Notes: generated by a model from the sequence alone, not told the origin. A DNA stretch of 60,185 nt from a virus (IMGVR_UViG_3300036766_000363:1-60185), one strand, 5' to 3'; shown: positions 45,948 to 57,089, counted from the first letter of the stretch. Numbers and translations are program-made.

Positions 45948-46506
45948 GGTCTCTTTTCTCCTTAATCGCTGTCTGCAACGCTGCTGGCAGCAATTCAAAT
46001 GGCATGTGACCTTCGTCCAGTCCCGGCCTATCCTCTTCAATCGCCATCGCCCTGCCATCAATAAGCAGTGCGGGCTGGAGGAAATGCAGGACTGCAACCC
46101 AGTCCATTAGTCCTTCTCCCAATCGAGCATCGTGATCGAACGCGGTGCCCATGTTGGTAGCGTCGTCTACGTCCCCCTGGAAGGGAGACAGTTCAAAACG
46201 GAGGGGCAAAGCCTCCCCGGTTTTCCCACGGAGAATCCGCGCGCAACACGCCTGCTCCGGCAGGGGCCGGTTCTTTGGGACAACCTCTAGAAACTTCCAG
46301 TGGCGTACCCGTTCATACAGGTCGATGGCATGCTTGATTGTGGGGTAGGCGTAGATAGCAAGAAGCGCCTGTTGCATCTTCTCGTCCTTGCCCGTGAGCA
46401 TTTCGGCAGGGGCGATGAACCGCTCCCTTACCTCTGTCGGCAACCATTGGGTATCTGGCACCACGTTGAGCCAGCTACGTTCGTCTGCCAAACCAGTTCC
46501 TTTCAA
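45931..46506 (-). CDS. Hypothetical protein
   Basis: ORF following the major capsid gene. Confidence 0.65.
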   Translation of the reverse strand: MKGTGLADERSWLNVVPDTQWLPTEVRERFIAPAEMLTGKDEKMQQALLAIYAYPTIKHAIDLYERVRHWKFLEVVPKNRPLPEQACCARILRGKTGEALPLRFELSPFQGDVDDATNMGTAFDHDARLGEGLMDWVAVLHFLQPALLIDGRAMAIEEDRPGLDEGHMPFELLPAALQTAIKEKRDRGRRI

Positions 46507-46607
46507 ACATCAGGGCCGAGACATCTCAGCCCCAATGCTGCTAATTGTCTATGATTTAACAATCCTACACGGTGTGGCAATAAACATCACCACACCAGAC
46601 ATTATTG

Positions 46608-47486
46608 TCAAACTCCCTTTAGCCAGCAGACGGCCTCGTCAGTCGCCGTAATATTCTCCGGCGTCTCACTGTAGCGGTCAACCTCAGAATAGCCGTACAC
46701 CTTCTCCGCAGCCACCACTTCCTTGAGGCCAAGGGCGATGGATTCGTTCCAAATCTTCGTGTCGAGGGCAACGATCAGCGCGATGCTGGACTTGCTGACA
46801 AGGCCGTTATCGTGCTGCCCGGCAGCCGGTGACGTGATCAGGTTCGACTTAACGATTGGGGAGCCCATGAACATCTGGATGTCACCAGAGGTACTGGACT
46901 TCACGGCGTTGGCGTCGCCCCGGTATGACGCATGGGTGAAGCTGTCCATCTTGTGGAGAGCAATCCGCTGCGCGGGGGAGAAGAACCAGGTGGCGCTTTC
47001 CATTCCATAACCGGAGTCGTCGAGGTACTGGACCGCGCGAAGCAGGTTATCGAAGGTCAATTCGACACCGAGGGTGCCGACGCTCTGGGAGAACGAGGCG
47101 AAGAGGGCCGCAAGGTTCACATCGGTTGCGCGCGCAAACGCATAACCGATCTTGCTGGTCATCTTGCCCTTGAGGTCGTGGTTGTTCAACACGTTCACAA
47201 TGTTTTCCACTGCGAACGCGGTGCCCTGGTGGACGTTGATTGAGATGGTCTGCTCGGTGTCGGTGTATGCCTTGGGCGTCAGGTCTGACCCGGCGTTCTT
47301 GGTCTCCACCGTAAGGTTAGGAATACGCGCCTTGCGGTACGTGTCCCCAAACCCCTTGAACTCCCAACTACGATCGACTCGCCCTGCGATTTCGATCTTG
47401 AATTCCTCGGCAGACAGCACATCCGTCATAAAGACATCAGGGATGTGTTTGTCGGCGGTCGTGACATTCATGTTGCTACTGGCCAA
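46608..47486 (-). CDS. Major capsid protein
   Basis: IPxxF/W start, GDT, helix GYAFARxxD, FMGxPIVxSN, VYG; follows the scaffold. Confidence 0.88.
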   Translation of the reverse strand: MASSNMNVTTADKHIPDVFMTDVLSAEEFKIEIAGRVDRSWEFKGFGDTYRKARIPNLTVETKNAGSDLTPKAYTDTEQTISINVHQGTAFAVENIVNVLNNHDLKGKMTSKIGYAFARATDVNLAALFASFSQSVGTLGVELTFDNLLRAVQYLDDSGYGMESATWFFSPAQRIALHKMDSFTHASYRGDANAVKSSTSGDIQMFMGSPIVKSNLITSPAAGQHDNGLVSKSSIALIVALDTKIWNESIALGLKEVVAAEKVYGYSEVDRYSETPENITATDEAVCWLKGV

Positions 47487-47528
47487 CTATTTATCCTTGG
47501 TGAACTACTTTGTGCGCGTCACCCACGC

Positions 47529-48548
47529 TTATACGTCAACAACAATCAGGCCCGCTTGAACGGCTGCCTGGAAGGCGTCTCCATCGGGCCAGCGAGCCAG
47601 CCGTTCTGGAGGAGACATTCTGCGGACTTCTGAAAGGTTGATCTTTGTCTTGCTCCCTACTGAGGAGCCTGCGGACAAATCGGGCGACGCTTCGGCCAGT
47701 CTGGGATTAGCCCGCGCGGGAGCCGGGGCAATAGCCGTGGCTACCAGGGCGGCGGGAGCAGGTGCTACCTGTGCTACGGGAGCCGGTTGGGGCCGGGGGG
47801 CGGCTGACTGACGTGCCTTAAGCGTGTCAGAGCCGAGTGCCGACTGGAACCTGGCGAAGGCCCGTTGCGGGGTCAACATCACCCCGGCATCATCGTGGTC
47901 GAAGAACCCGTGGTCGTTTGTTTGATGTACGGGGCAAGAGACGAACCTAAGTCCCTCTTGCGTTTGAGGCTGCATACCGAGTGCAACGCGATACTGGTCC
48001 AGCCGCCCGGCAGGAAGGACCGCTTCCGCAGATTCAAACACGTCTTCCGCTGCGTCTATCCAACCCTGTGCCTCGCGAATAACCGCTACGTCCGGCGCCT
48101 GCGCGTGGATAGTCTCGGCATATTTCCTGGCAAAGGCTGGCTCGTCGCGGAACCGGCGTTCGACCTCTTCGGGGTCCATTTCCTTGATCTGGCGCTTCTC
48201 AAGTTCGAGTCGCACGGCATCCCGTTCGACCTCAATTTCCCTGAGCTTGGCTTCCCATTCGCGTTTTGCCTTCCGCCCGCCGTAAGTGTTCACGGCGTTA
48301 CGAAGGTCTGCGTCCTCGTCGATTAGGCGGCGCAAGTCCTGGTGAAGGGATGCACGGCTAATCTTGATGAACTGCGTTTCGTCCTCAGCCACCGGGGGAG
48401 TAGACTCTACAACAGGCTCAGGCGTAGTAACCGGCTCGGGATCGGGCACAACTACTTCGGTCGTGTCGTCCAGAACAACAGGTTCTGCGGCGGCCTTTGC
48501 AGCAGCTTCCTCTGCCTCAAGCAGGCGAGGATCTTTTTCTGCGCTCAA
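47529..48548 (-). CDS. Capsid scaffolding protein
   Basis: Acidic Pro-rich N-terminus, coiled coil, position before MCP; GGAGGT SD. Confidence 0.75.
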   Translation of the reverse strand: MSAEKDPRLLEAEEAAAKAAAEPVVLDDTTEVVVPDPEPVTTPEPVVESTPPVAEDETQFIKISRASLHQDLRRLIDEDADLRNAVNTYGGRKAKREWEAKLREIEVERDAVRLELEKRQIKEMDPEEVERRFRDEPAFARKYAETIHAQAPDVAVIREAQGWIDAAEDVFESAEAVLPAGRLDQYRVALGMQPQTQEGLRFVSCPVHQTNDHGFFDHDDAGVMLTPQRAFARFQSALGSDTLKARQSAAPRPQPAPVAQVAPAPAALVATAIAPAPARANPRLAEASPDLSAGSSVGSKTKINLSEVRRMSPPERLARWPDGDAFQAAVQAGLIVVDV

Positions 48549-48624
48549 TGTAAGTACCTCCTGAGTACGCAGTTACTATAACATGACTTATGTCAAGCAG
48601 GTAGTTAACCGAGTTGTCAAGGGG

Positions 48625-51600
48625 CTAGTCGGTCTCGAACGACCCGCCGTAGATTTCGAACATCTGGTCGTAAGTATAAGAGTCGTTGAGCCAAGCAAGT
48701 TCCCTCGGGTGAGCCTGCTTATACATAAAGTAATCCCCATTCAGGTGGGTAAAGCCGAAACTGTCTGCCTTGCGTCCATCGGCAATGGACTGCGCGGCAA
48801 GCTGCGCCGCGTGGATCTTGATAACGTCCTCTATTTGGGCAGGGGGAATTCCTTCGTTCTCAAGGATGACCATGGCAGATTTAGCCCAGTCCATCTTTTC
48901 AAATGACTTCGCCAGTGCAGGCGCATCCTTTGGATTACGCTTTACGCCGACCAATACTTCTAGCTTCTCAAGCTCAGTCTCTTCAACGCCAGAGGTAAGT
49001 CCGTCGTAATGCGGCATCTTCTCGCGGTCAAAGTAGCCATCCCCGCCAAGCTTCTGCATAGCCTTGATGTACGCCTTGCGCTCGGGAGACTTGTTGGTTG
49101 AGAACACGTCGTTCACGTAGGACAACGCAACCCCGCCGTTCTCCTTGAGCCACGCATCCTGCTTAACCCTGGTGGCGTCGTAGTCGGGATTACCATCCTC
49201 CGCCTCAACAAAGGTGTCGATGTAGGAAGCCACCCAGTAATCCAGCGAACCCTTGGGCGGGTCGCTGCGAATAAATCCTTCCATCTTCCCTTCGGCCTTT
49301 ACCCTGGCAAGATCGTTGATGCGCGAACCATCGTCCTTCCACTTACCCACAAGTTCTTTGCCTGATCTGAACTGAGCATCATTGGCCGCGCTCTTCCCGT
49401 CCTTGTCGGCCTTGATGGCTCGCAATTCCTCGGAGACCTTGCCATGAACCTCGGGCTTCTTGTCGGGGTTCTTCTCGGCAAAGATGGCCTTATAGAGCGG
49501 GTCGTTCGCAGGACGATCCTCTTTCGGATACTCCTGCCCGTCACTCAACTTCGGCTGCCAATTCTTATAGCTTTCTTTAATGGCAATGTCGTAGTTGTTC
49601 TTAGTCTGAACATTCACGCCAATACCAAGGTAGGAAGGAAGTGTCCCAAGTGCCTGCCTGAGGCCCCATTCCTTGTACGCCTCCGCCATTTCTACTGGCG
49701 AAAGAGGGCCAATAAGTCCCTTCACAATGCTGAGGGGGTCACGCTTAACCGGGTCGTTGTTGAAGTCACGACCTGACGTTTGATCCCATATCATGGACGG
49801 GACGGGGGCCGCCTTGCCTCGAAGGAACCTAGCGGCAGGTGAGACCGCAGGGCCGTACGTCTTCCCCCCAATACTAGGGCCAACACGATCTATGTCGTAA
49901 TTTCGCCCACTGCTGCTCGAATACTTTTCTGCGGTTATGGTTTGAATAAGCATCTTGGCAATCTGGATATTCCCACCCCATGGGTCATAGCTCTGTGGCC
50001 CAATATTTATATTGCCGAACGTCCCACTGTTGGGATTAAGATCGACCTTCCCTCCTAGCTTCCCATCCGAAACCTCGTACATCATCTGCATGAAGCCCAG
50101 CATGGCGGCTGTCCCAGCGAAATACGTGACGAGTTCTCGAATCGCTTCTTTGCGAAGGTACTGGTCCGTAATGGCAAGTTTCGTTGCGCGGGCAAGAAAC
50201 TCGGGACGAGAAATCACAAAGCGAGGAGCAAAGAAAATCATATTCAAGAGCGTATTCTGTGACTTGAAGAACTCCTTCAACGAGCCACTACCAGTGTTAG
50301 CGGCAATCATCTTGGCAAGATCCTTTGCCCGCTTCGCCCCCTCATCCCCGGACCTGGCCGCAACGGGCAAATTGTCCCAAACACTGTCGAACCAGTAGGC
50401 GCGAACCGTATTCATAAAGACTGCGGCCTGCCTGCCCGAGGAGGCTATTATCTCTCCAGGGTTAAGGCTGTTTAGCGAAACTCGATGCCCCCTGATGTCC
50501 ACGCCAGCGGCGGTAAGTCCCTTCTTAATAGTCGAACCAATCTTAGGAAGATTACCGAGGCTCATCTTCTCTATCCACCCGGCAGAGACCCCTTCGTTTG
50601 AAAACTCACCAGCACCGCCATGAATATCATTCATCGGCAGTCCAGCATCCTTGGCTATACCGGCATTAGGGCGAGTGTTGATCTCATCCATCGCAGCCTT
50701 GGCGCCGTCCACATCGGCCCATGCAGGCCAGCCCTTCTTCACGCCATCCCACCAAATAGCCGGGTGGGCATAGAGCGCGCCAGCGCCCTGTCGAAGAAGC
50801 AGGGAAATGTCGTATGCTGCCTTCGCGCCCTTTGTCCCAATGACCCCTTGGGCCATCCAGTGCCCGGACTTTTGCGTAAGCCTGATTCCCCAATTTCGCT
50901 CCGCCAGTTCTACGGCCTTGTCAGTGTCGATGGGCGCAGGTGTGGGTTCGGGAGGCAAGACGCGCCTTTCGCTTCGAGCGGCCGGGTGACTCTTGCGATA
51001 TTCCTGCACCCTACCATCCGCTTCATTGGCACGAGCCCGCGCCTCACTGGCCCACGTCCGCGCGTCGCTGGCCCCGAGCATCGACGATTGGGCATTTTGT
51101 GACGAATACTTGGACGACCTCTTGGCTGCGCGTTCAAGATCCGTCGCTGCTCGTTCTAGTTTTGTTGCCTCGGCATCAAGACGACGCCACTCATCAAGAA
51201 GGGTTACATACGTGGGTTCGGGCGTAGCGCCCGCCCCCGCATCCACCTTCGGTCGGAACTGGGCGTCCAGATCGTTGAGCTTCTTAAGTTCTGCGTCAGC
51301 AGCCAGCCGAAGATTGGCAGCCTCGGCGGCCGCGCCCTGGTCGGCGGCCCCAGCCAACTTCTGGTCCCATGGCTTCCTGCGCTCAGCCGCAGCCTTAAGC
51401 GTTTCCGTCACCCTCGGCCTACGATCTCTCTTAGTCGCCTCCCATTCACCCCGCGACTGACCAACGGCTCGCCGCTCCGCTTCACTGGCCGCTTCGTCCG
51501 CAGCCTTCCATGAAGCCAGCGCCTCATCCTTCTGTGAGAGCAGGTCAACGGGGGTGGACGGGCCATTGTCAAGAGCGTCGGTAACCCCTCGACCCGGAAG

Positions 51601-54519
51601 AGACATCCCCGTTTCGCCAATCAATGGCGGTTTACCCGGCAAACTTGCCTCGCCAAGATCCAGCGGCATCGACGTGCCAGGGTACCGCGGCGCAATCAGT
51701 CCCTTGGTCGAGCTAATGCCAAGGACTTCTTCCAGCAACTTCACTTCATCAGCGTCCAACGCCTCCCCCGCCTCAGCCTTTTTAATTGCATCCTTGGCCC
51801 GCACTCCCTCATCAGGCTTTAACGTTTCGCCCTCAACAAGTTCATCCACCCGCTTGATCGCCTCTGCATGTCCAACTCCGACAACGCGAGCCTCGACGCG
51901 CCCGGCCGCCGACGTAGGCGGAGCCTCAAGCCCTAGTACCCTGGCATAGACCCCCGTTTCCCATCCAGTAAGAGCAGGGCTTGGGCCACTCAGTTTTACA
52001 AAAAGTCTCTCAGCATCATGCAATTCAAGGTCGCTTATCCGCCCAGACTCATTGGCCTCGACAGCCTTCGCCCAGAACAAATCGTAACTCTTGGGATCAA
52101 TCGGGGTTAGCGTCGTTGGCTCCATGCCGCCCGTGGCCCCCGACCTCAAGAAAGCAACATATTCTCGGCTGCCCTTTTCAAGACTGCCGTCCGCAACCAA
52201 CCGATCGGCCTCGGCCCTTCGTGCCCTGATTCCCGCGCCTTGCCGCGCCTTTAGTTCCTTTAGCCTCTCGGCCGCTTCGCCAGAAGATTGCCGTCCGCCT
52301 TGCTCGCTAAAGGCGCGGAGAAGGTCGGCCTCTGCATCATGCGGGGGCTCGGGCGGTTCAGGCGTGTTACTCACACGCGCCTTACGCGGTGGCTTCCCGC
52401 CATTGCCGTTTCCGGCACGACTGCCTTCAATAATATCGTCGGCAATGCTCTCGCCAAGATCGCGGTTCGCAACCGCAATCTCTTCCGGCGTTGCGTCCTG
52501 GCCCTTTGCCTTAACCTCTTCCACCTTCTTTACAGAACTGACAACCGCTTCTTCCGCCGGGGTCGCCGTGCCCTGTGTAACCTTCTCATCCAGGGCAGAG
52601 TAGCGAGGGATAGATGGCTCTTCAAGATCCAATCGCTCTATCCCGTCAACTGAGTCTACAAAGTTGTCCCACGCCTCTGTTCGCGCTTCCGAATAGTCTG
52701 CGGCATCCTCAAAATCAGAACGTTCAATTCCACGATACTCATCAAGTGCATCACGCGCCTCGCCAACGTCATGCCCGCTCGACCCAAGTGAATCCAGGTC
52801 TTTTTCTGCTCGCGTAGAATTACGACTCTTTGAGGATGTCCATCTTGAGGCCACTGCATCCACAGGATCTTCATCAAAAACCGGAGGCTTAGTGCCGGAA
52901 ATGCGCGGCTCAGCGCGCGCAACAGGCGCTTCACGGGCAACGCCCGCCGTAGGTTCCGGCGTGACGGGGCGGGGCTCGGGCACATCCATCCCCCGCGACG
53001 CTGGCCCCGTGGGGGTGGCAAGGGGCTGCATCTTTATTGTCTCACCCTCCGCCGCCATCCCCGCCGTCGTCCTGCCGCCTGCCTCATCCGCAATCGCCCT
53101 GAACTCATCGGGCTTATTACGCACCGCTGCCCCGACCTGCTCGGGGGGCATGCCTAGTTCGTCAACCGCAGCAAGAAGGGAGACTTGCGCTTCTGGGGTA
53201 AGGGATTCGAGGGGAGCTATGCTTCCCGGCGGCCCTGCCGCTTCGAGGGGATCTACTATCGGCTTCTTCGGGGCAGACATACCAGCCGACACCGGCCCCA
53301 TAACTCTCGCAGGCTCGTTGGCCCACGCATCCAATTTAAGGGCAGCATTGTCAGCGCCCCGGATAGTGGACTTCAAGCCGCGTCCAATTGCGGGACTAAC
53401 CGCATCGACAAGCCCTGCGCCAGCCGCCGCACCACCGCCGCCCACAAACCCAGAACCAAGCACAAGCCCGGCACGCACCTTGGCGTCGTATTCAGATGGG
53501 ACAAATGGGATGTCTTCGGGCAACCTCGCGCCAGCCTCAGTAGACGCAGCCCGCGCCCCTGCGTTAATCGCCAATTCCGTCCCGAGACGGGCCGCTGGGT
53601 TTCGTTCTGCGCCAAGTGCCGTACCCAGCACCCCCGCCACCTTCGCGGTTCTCAACCCCATCCCCGCCTTGGCGGCTATCCCAAACGGGGCAATGGTCAG
53701 CGGGTCAAACAAAGAGGCAGCAACTGCCTCCCCAACGGCTCCCCCTGGCACATCGGTCGTTTCATGCCCCGTAATGCCCTCGAAGTTCTTGGCACCAGCA
53801 TTCATCGCGGTGTCGAGGAAGCTGCCCTCTTGCGGCATCCACCCGCCTTCAGGCGGCTTCGTTACCCAGTCCTTCGTCTTACCCCACCAGCCCTTCGACT
53901 GTTCTTCTTCTGGGGGAAGCTCAGACCACTGCTGAAATTGCTCCCTTTGAGTCCTATCAGATACGTTGGCGGGTTCCCACCATAGCCCCAAAGGGCCACC
54001 TGCAACCTGTGACTGAGGAATGGCATTATCCCCACCAACTGGTCTCCAATTGGGAACCTCTAGTTCGTGTTGAGCCTGCTGTTCCGGCGTTTCCCACGAC
54101 AGCCCCTGGTCGCTGAAGCCCGGCGTGTCCCTGAAACTGAACGTGTCCCAGGGCGACGAGGCTTGGTTCCAATCCTCATATGGGCCATCTCCACCCTGCG
54201 TAGCAAGTAGCGACTGCTCCTCTGGTGTCGGAGTGGGCAAGCCCCAATCCATGCCCTGATCGGGCAGCACGGGGGCACTTGCACCACCCCACGTATTCTC
54301 GTCGAACCCCGTCCCTGCGTAGGGGTCGCTTGAAATGGCTTCCTGCCACGGCAACGGCGACTCGGATACGCCCGAGGTTACGGGCGAACCAATGTTCTCC
54401 GAGGGAAGCGGGGGCAACGAGGATTCCCAGAGGTCGGTAAGATACCGAAACTCGTCTTCCTTCTTCTTGCCCTTGGGCACGAACTCGAAGTCGCTGGTCA
54501 GGTCATAAATGAGCGCCAC
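48625..54519 (-). CDS. Large internal virion / DNA-ejection protein (1964 aa)
   Basis: Size, position and FFAPRF / GRDFxxxPV motifs typical of podophage large virion proteins. Confidence 0.7.
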   Translation of the reverse strand: MALIYDLTSDFEFVPKGKKKEDEFRYLTDLWESSLPPLPSENIGSPVTSGVSESPLPWQEAISSDPYAGTGFDENTWGGASAPVLPDQGMDWGLPTPTPEEQSLLATQGGDGPYEDWNQASSPWDTFSFRDTPGFSDQGLSWETPEQQAQHELEVPNWRPVGGDNAIPQSQVAGGPLGLWWEPANVSDRTQREQFQQWSELPPEEEQSKGWWGKTKDWVTKPPEGGWMPQEGSFLDTAMNAGAKNFEGITGHETTDVPGGAVGEAVAASLFDPLTIAPFGIAAKAGMGLRTAKVAGVLGTALGAERNPAARLGTELAINAGARAASTEAGARLPEDIPFVPSEYDAKVRAGLVLGSGFVGGGGAAAGAGLVDAVSPAIGRGLKSTIRGADNAALKLDAWANEPARVMGPVSAGMSAPKKPIVDPLEAAGPPGSIAPLESLTPEAQVSLLAAVDELGMPPEQVGAAVRNKPDEFRAIADEAGGRTTAGMAAEGETIKMQPLATPTGPASRGMDVPEPRPVTPEPTAGVAREAPVARAEPRISGTKPPVFDEDPVDAVASRWTSSKSRNSTRAEKDLDSLGSSGHDVGEARDALDEYRGIERSDFEDAADYSEARTEAWDNFVDSVDGIERLDLEEPSIPRYSALDEKVTQGTATPAEEAVVSSVKKVEEVKAKGQDATPEEIAVANRDLGESIADDIIEGSRAGNGNGGKPPRKARVSNTPEPPEPPHDAEADLLRAFSEQGGRQSSGEAAERLKELKARQGAGIRARRAEADRLVADGSLEKGSREYVAFLRSGATGGMEPTTLTPIDPKSYDLFWAKAVEANESGRISDLELHDAERLFVKLSGPSPALTGWETGVYARVLGLEAPPTSAAGRVEARVVGVGHAEAIKRVDELVEGETLKPDEGVRAKDAIKKAEAGEALDADEVKLLEEVLGISSTKGLIAPRYPGTSMPLDLGEASLPGKPPLIGETGMSLPGRGVTDALDNGPSTPVDLLSQKDEALASWKAADEAASEAERRAVGQSRGEWEATKRDRRPRVTETLKAAAERRKPWDQKLAGAADQGAAAEAANLRLAADAELKKLNDLDAQFRPKVDAGAGATPEPTYVTLLDEWRRLDAEATKLERAATDLERAAKRSSKYSSQNAQSSMLGASDARTWASEARARANEADGRVQEYRKSHPAARSERRVLPPEPTPAPIDTDKAVELAERNWGIRLTQKSGHWMAQGVIGTKGAKAAYDISLLLRQGAGALYAHPAIWWDGVKKGWPAWADVDGAKAAMDEINTRPNAGIAKDAGLPMNDIHGGAGEFSNEGVSAGWIEKMSLGNLPKIGSTIKKGLTAAGVDIRGHRVSLNSLNPGEIIASSGRQAAVFMNTVRAYWFDSVWDNLPVAARSGDEGAKRAKDLAKMIAANTGSGSLKEFFKSQNTLLNMIFFAPRFVISRPEFLARATKLAITDQYLRKEAIRELVTYFAGTAAMLGFMQMMYEVSDGKLGGKVDLNPNSGTFGNINIGPQSYDPWGGNIQIAKMLIQTITAEKYSSSSGRNYDIDRVGPSIGGKTYGPAVSPAARFLRGKAAPVPSMIWDQTSGRDFNNDPVKRDPLSIVKGLIGPLSPVEMAEAYKEWGLRQALGTLPSYLGIGVNVQTKNNYDIAIKESYKNWQPKLSDGQEYPKEDRPANDPLYKAIFAEKNPDKKPEVHGKVSEELRAIKADKDGKSAANDAQFRSGKELVGKWKDDGSRINDLARVKAEGKMEGFIRSDPPKGSLDYWVASYIDTFVEAEDGNPDYDATRVKQDAWLKENGGVALSYVNDVFSTNKSPERKAYIKAMQKLGGDGYFDREKMPHYDGLTSGVEETELEKLEVLVGVKRNPKDAPALAKSFEKMDWAKSAMVILENEGIPPAQIEDVIKIHAAQLAAQSIADGRKADSFGFTHLNGDYFMYKQAHPRELAWLNDSYTYDQMFEIYGGSFETD

Positions 54520-54527
54520 GGACTCTC

Positions 54528-57089
54528 CTAAGTCTGAATAAGGCTAGGATTGTACGCCGAACCCAACGGGGCGCGAGCCTTCACGCCGGCCATCAGGTTC
54601 GGAAGGTTCTGGTTCCCGGCCTTGAATAGGGACGAGAGGAGGGCGAATGAGCCAGGGGCGTTGTTCTGGAGGTCGGACAGGTTGGTGAAATTCAGGGCGT
54701 TCGGGGCGGGCAGGGCGTTATCCCCCGTCAGCCCAAGCGCGGGGACGTTGATCCCGTTCGCCGCCAACTGCTCCGCAATCCCCGGTTGGTTCAGGAGCCT
54801 TGAGAGCGCCTGGTAAACCTCGGGGCCATAGCTGAGGATGTCAATCCCGGCGCTCTGTGCAAGCGCGTCAAGAAGGGCGTTGCCAGTCGTGCCACCTGCG
54901 GGAGTCGTGCCACCTGCGGGAGTCGTGCCACCTGCGGGAGTCGTGCCACCTGCGGGAGTCGTGCCACCTGCGGGAGTCGGCTGCCCTCCACCGGGCCTGG
55001 TTCCACGAGTCCGGCCATTGCGGTCAATCACCCTGCCATCGGTCAGCGTTGAGTCGGTAGCCGGGTCATCGCCGCCCAACTCGATACCAAACCTTCGAGC
55101 CCTTGCCCCAATAATCCCCGAAAGAGTGGGGCGCGTCCCCGAAGGAGGCCTGTACGGGTTATCAGGGGTGTACGAGTTCATCGGCGGGGCTTCACGCGGC
55201 ACAGGGCCTTGCGTAGCCGTATCCCACCACCCGCCCCAGTAGGGGGTCAGGGCATTAGGGTTACCAGGCGTAGTCATGGGGGGCTTGGAGGGCGGGATAG
55301 AGGGGTCGTTCCCGCGATACGTCCATTGATCCTTGCCGTTTACCGGGACCACCCACCACTGATCGCCATTGGCGGCAGAATAGGTTTCACCGGGGCGGGG
55401 ATTCCACGCGGGGGGAACCGGAACCTTCGGGGTCGGAACCACAATCGGAGAGGGAACTACTGCCTCAGGAGGCGGTGGAGGTGGAGGAGGCAACGCAGTC
55501 GTGTCCCCACTGTTCTGTGTGGTCACAACAGGGTCGGGTTGCGGTTGCGCGGGGGAAGTGGGGAGGGGCTTGGGCTTAGGAATATAATTCGGATCATGCC
55601 CAACCGTGCCATCTGGAAGCACAACCAACGGGCCTAGGCCATCATCAAAAGGAGTCGGCTCAAAGCCCGTCCCATCGGCAAACCGGCGCACAGGAAGTTC
55701 ATACCCGGTCGCCCTCTTCAACCTGTTACGGAAAGAATTGACGAACGGAGAGTCCCGTCGAGGCCCCGGCCAGGGGGCTGTCGGCAATGGGAACATACGA
55801 TTATCCCCCGCATACGGTATGTCGCGGCGGGGGGGCGGGGGCGTTGGGCCAGTGCCCCCAACAAATCCACTATCCCCTCCCCGTGTCCCCACCCCACTTG
55901 GCGCGGTGGGGCCAAGCGTCCCTTCCGCGTGACGAGGGATCTGCGCCCCCCGAACTACATCTCGAAGTCCCATTTTCTTTACGTCCTTATTGGAGAGGAA
56001 CCCAACCGGGGCATTGGTAGGGTTCACCATGAGTTCTTCCGTGCCGGTTTCCTGCCCGGAAGGGCTGTCGCCAACAACGGCAAGCGAGTCGGTCACAAGC
56101 CCCGCTGGCGTGTTGACAGGGCCACCGGCAAAGCCGCGCTGGGCAAAGGGTCTGAGCTTGTCTGCCTGCCTCGCCATGACCTGTGAGAGGGTCATGCTGT
56201 CCGTAGCACCGGCCTGCCCCGTAAACACGTCTACGGGCGTCCCCAGCGGCTCTGTACCCAATCGGGCAAACAGTTCTCGCTGAACGGCATCGCCGGGGTC
56301 GGCACCCAACTCGGCCAACGTGTTGGCGCGCTTCTGCTGGATGTCAGCGGTAGCGATGGCGCGACGGTCAGCCTGTTCTTCCTTGGCGAGCCAGAGGTTT
56401 TCGTACTGGAGGGCAAGCGTCTTGTTGAACTGCTCCTCACCCACCGCCATCTTCTCGCGTTCGAGGTCCATCTGCGCCTTGCGCCACGCATTGTCAGCAG
56501 CCATGCCCTCCCGTTGCAGGGAGAGATTCGCCATCTGGTACGCGGCCTCAGCGGCCTGCGCCGAACCCTGCATGGCAAGGCGGGCCTGGTCGAGTTTCAG
56601 GTTCTCGCCAAACTCATACTGGTGCTGGGCGAGGGCAGCGGCCTTGTCCGCCTGCGCGGTCGGGCCATACTGGACATCGAATGTCTTGTCCCACCGCTCC
56701 TGGTCAACGCGAATGGCAAGAGCCTCGGGGGACTCAACGTAGTCGGTAGAAGAAGGAGGGACATAAGCGAAGTTGCCGTCAATCCACTCGGACGTGCCGG
56801 GCTTGTAGTTAGCAACGTAGTTCGCGAACGCCGTGATTGTACGCGCGCTGGCAGGCTTGCCCGGCACGTCCGAGGGGTCAGGGGTTCCGTACTTGGAATC
56901 CCATCCGCCAGGAAGCCCGCGCCCGCCGTTCACCCAGTCAGTAACGAGGGCATCAACAACCGTTGATTGCCACATCGGATGATTCACGCCACCAGGAACA
57001 GGTCCACCCGGCCCCTGAACCCATGGGTCGTTCGCAACATATCCGGGCAACTTGGTGCCACTGGTTTTCGGAGTAAGGTCAATCGCCAT
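54528..57089 (-). CDS. Internal virion protein (853 aa, Pro-rich)
   Basis: Coiled coil plus FAxG / VVGD motifs; PAGGTT repeats. Confidence 0.65.
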   Translation of the reverse strand: MAIDLTPKTSGTKLPGYVANDPWVQGPGGPVPGGVNHPMWQSTVVDALVTDWVNGGRGLPGGWDSKYGTPDPSDVPGKPASARTITAFANYVANYKPGTSEWIDGNFAYVPPSSTDYVESPEALAIRVDQERWDKTFDVQYGPTAQADKAAALAQHQYEFGENLKLDQARLAMQGSAQAAEAAYQMANLSLQREGMAADNAWRKAQMDLEREKMAVGEEQFNKTLALQYENLWLAKEEQADRRAIATADIQQKRANTLAELGADPGDAVQRELFARLGTEPLGTPVDVFTGQAGATDSMTLSQVMARQADKLRPFAQRGFAGGPVNTPAGLVTDSLAVVGDSPSGQETGTEELMVNPTNAPVGFLSNKDVKKMGLRDVVRGAQIPRHAEGTLGPTAPSGVGTRGGDSGFVGGTGPTPPPPRRDIPYAGDNRMFPLPTAPWPGPRRDSPFVNSFRNRLKRATGYELPVRRFADGTGFEPTPFDDGLGPLVVLPDGTVGHDPNYIPKPKPLPTSPAQPQPDPVVTTQNSGDTTALPPPPPPPPEAVVPSPIVVPTPKVPVPPAWNPRPGETYSAANGDQWWVVPVNGKDQWTYRGNDPSIPPSKPPMTTPGNPNALTPYWGGWWDTATQGPVPREAPPMNSYTPDNPYRPPSGTRPTLSGIIGARARRFGIELGGDDPATDSTLTDGRVIDRNGRTRGTRPGGGQPTPAGGTTPAGGTTPAGGTTPAGGTTPAGGTTGNALLDALAQSAGIDILSYGPEVYQALSRLLNQPGIAEQLAANGINVPALGLTGDNALPAPNALNFTNLSDLQNNAPGSFALLSSLFKAGNQNLPNLMAGVKARAPLGSAYNPSLIQT
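54885..54979. repeat. 18-bp tandem repeat x5 (codes TPAGGT)
   Basis: Exact AGTCGTGCCACCTGCGGG copies. Confidence 0.95.
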
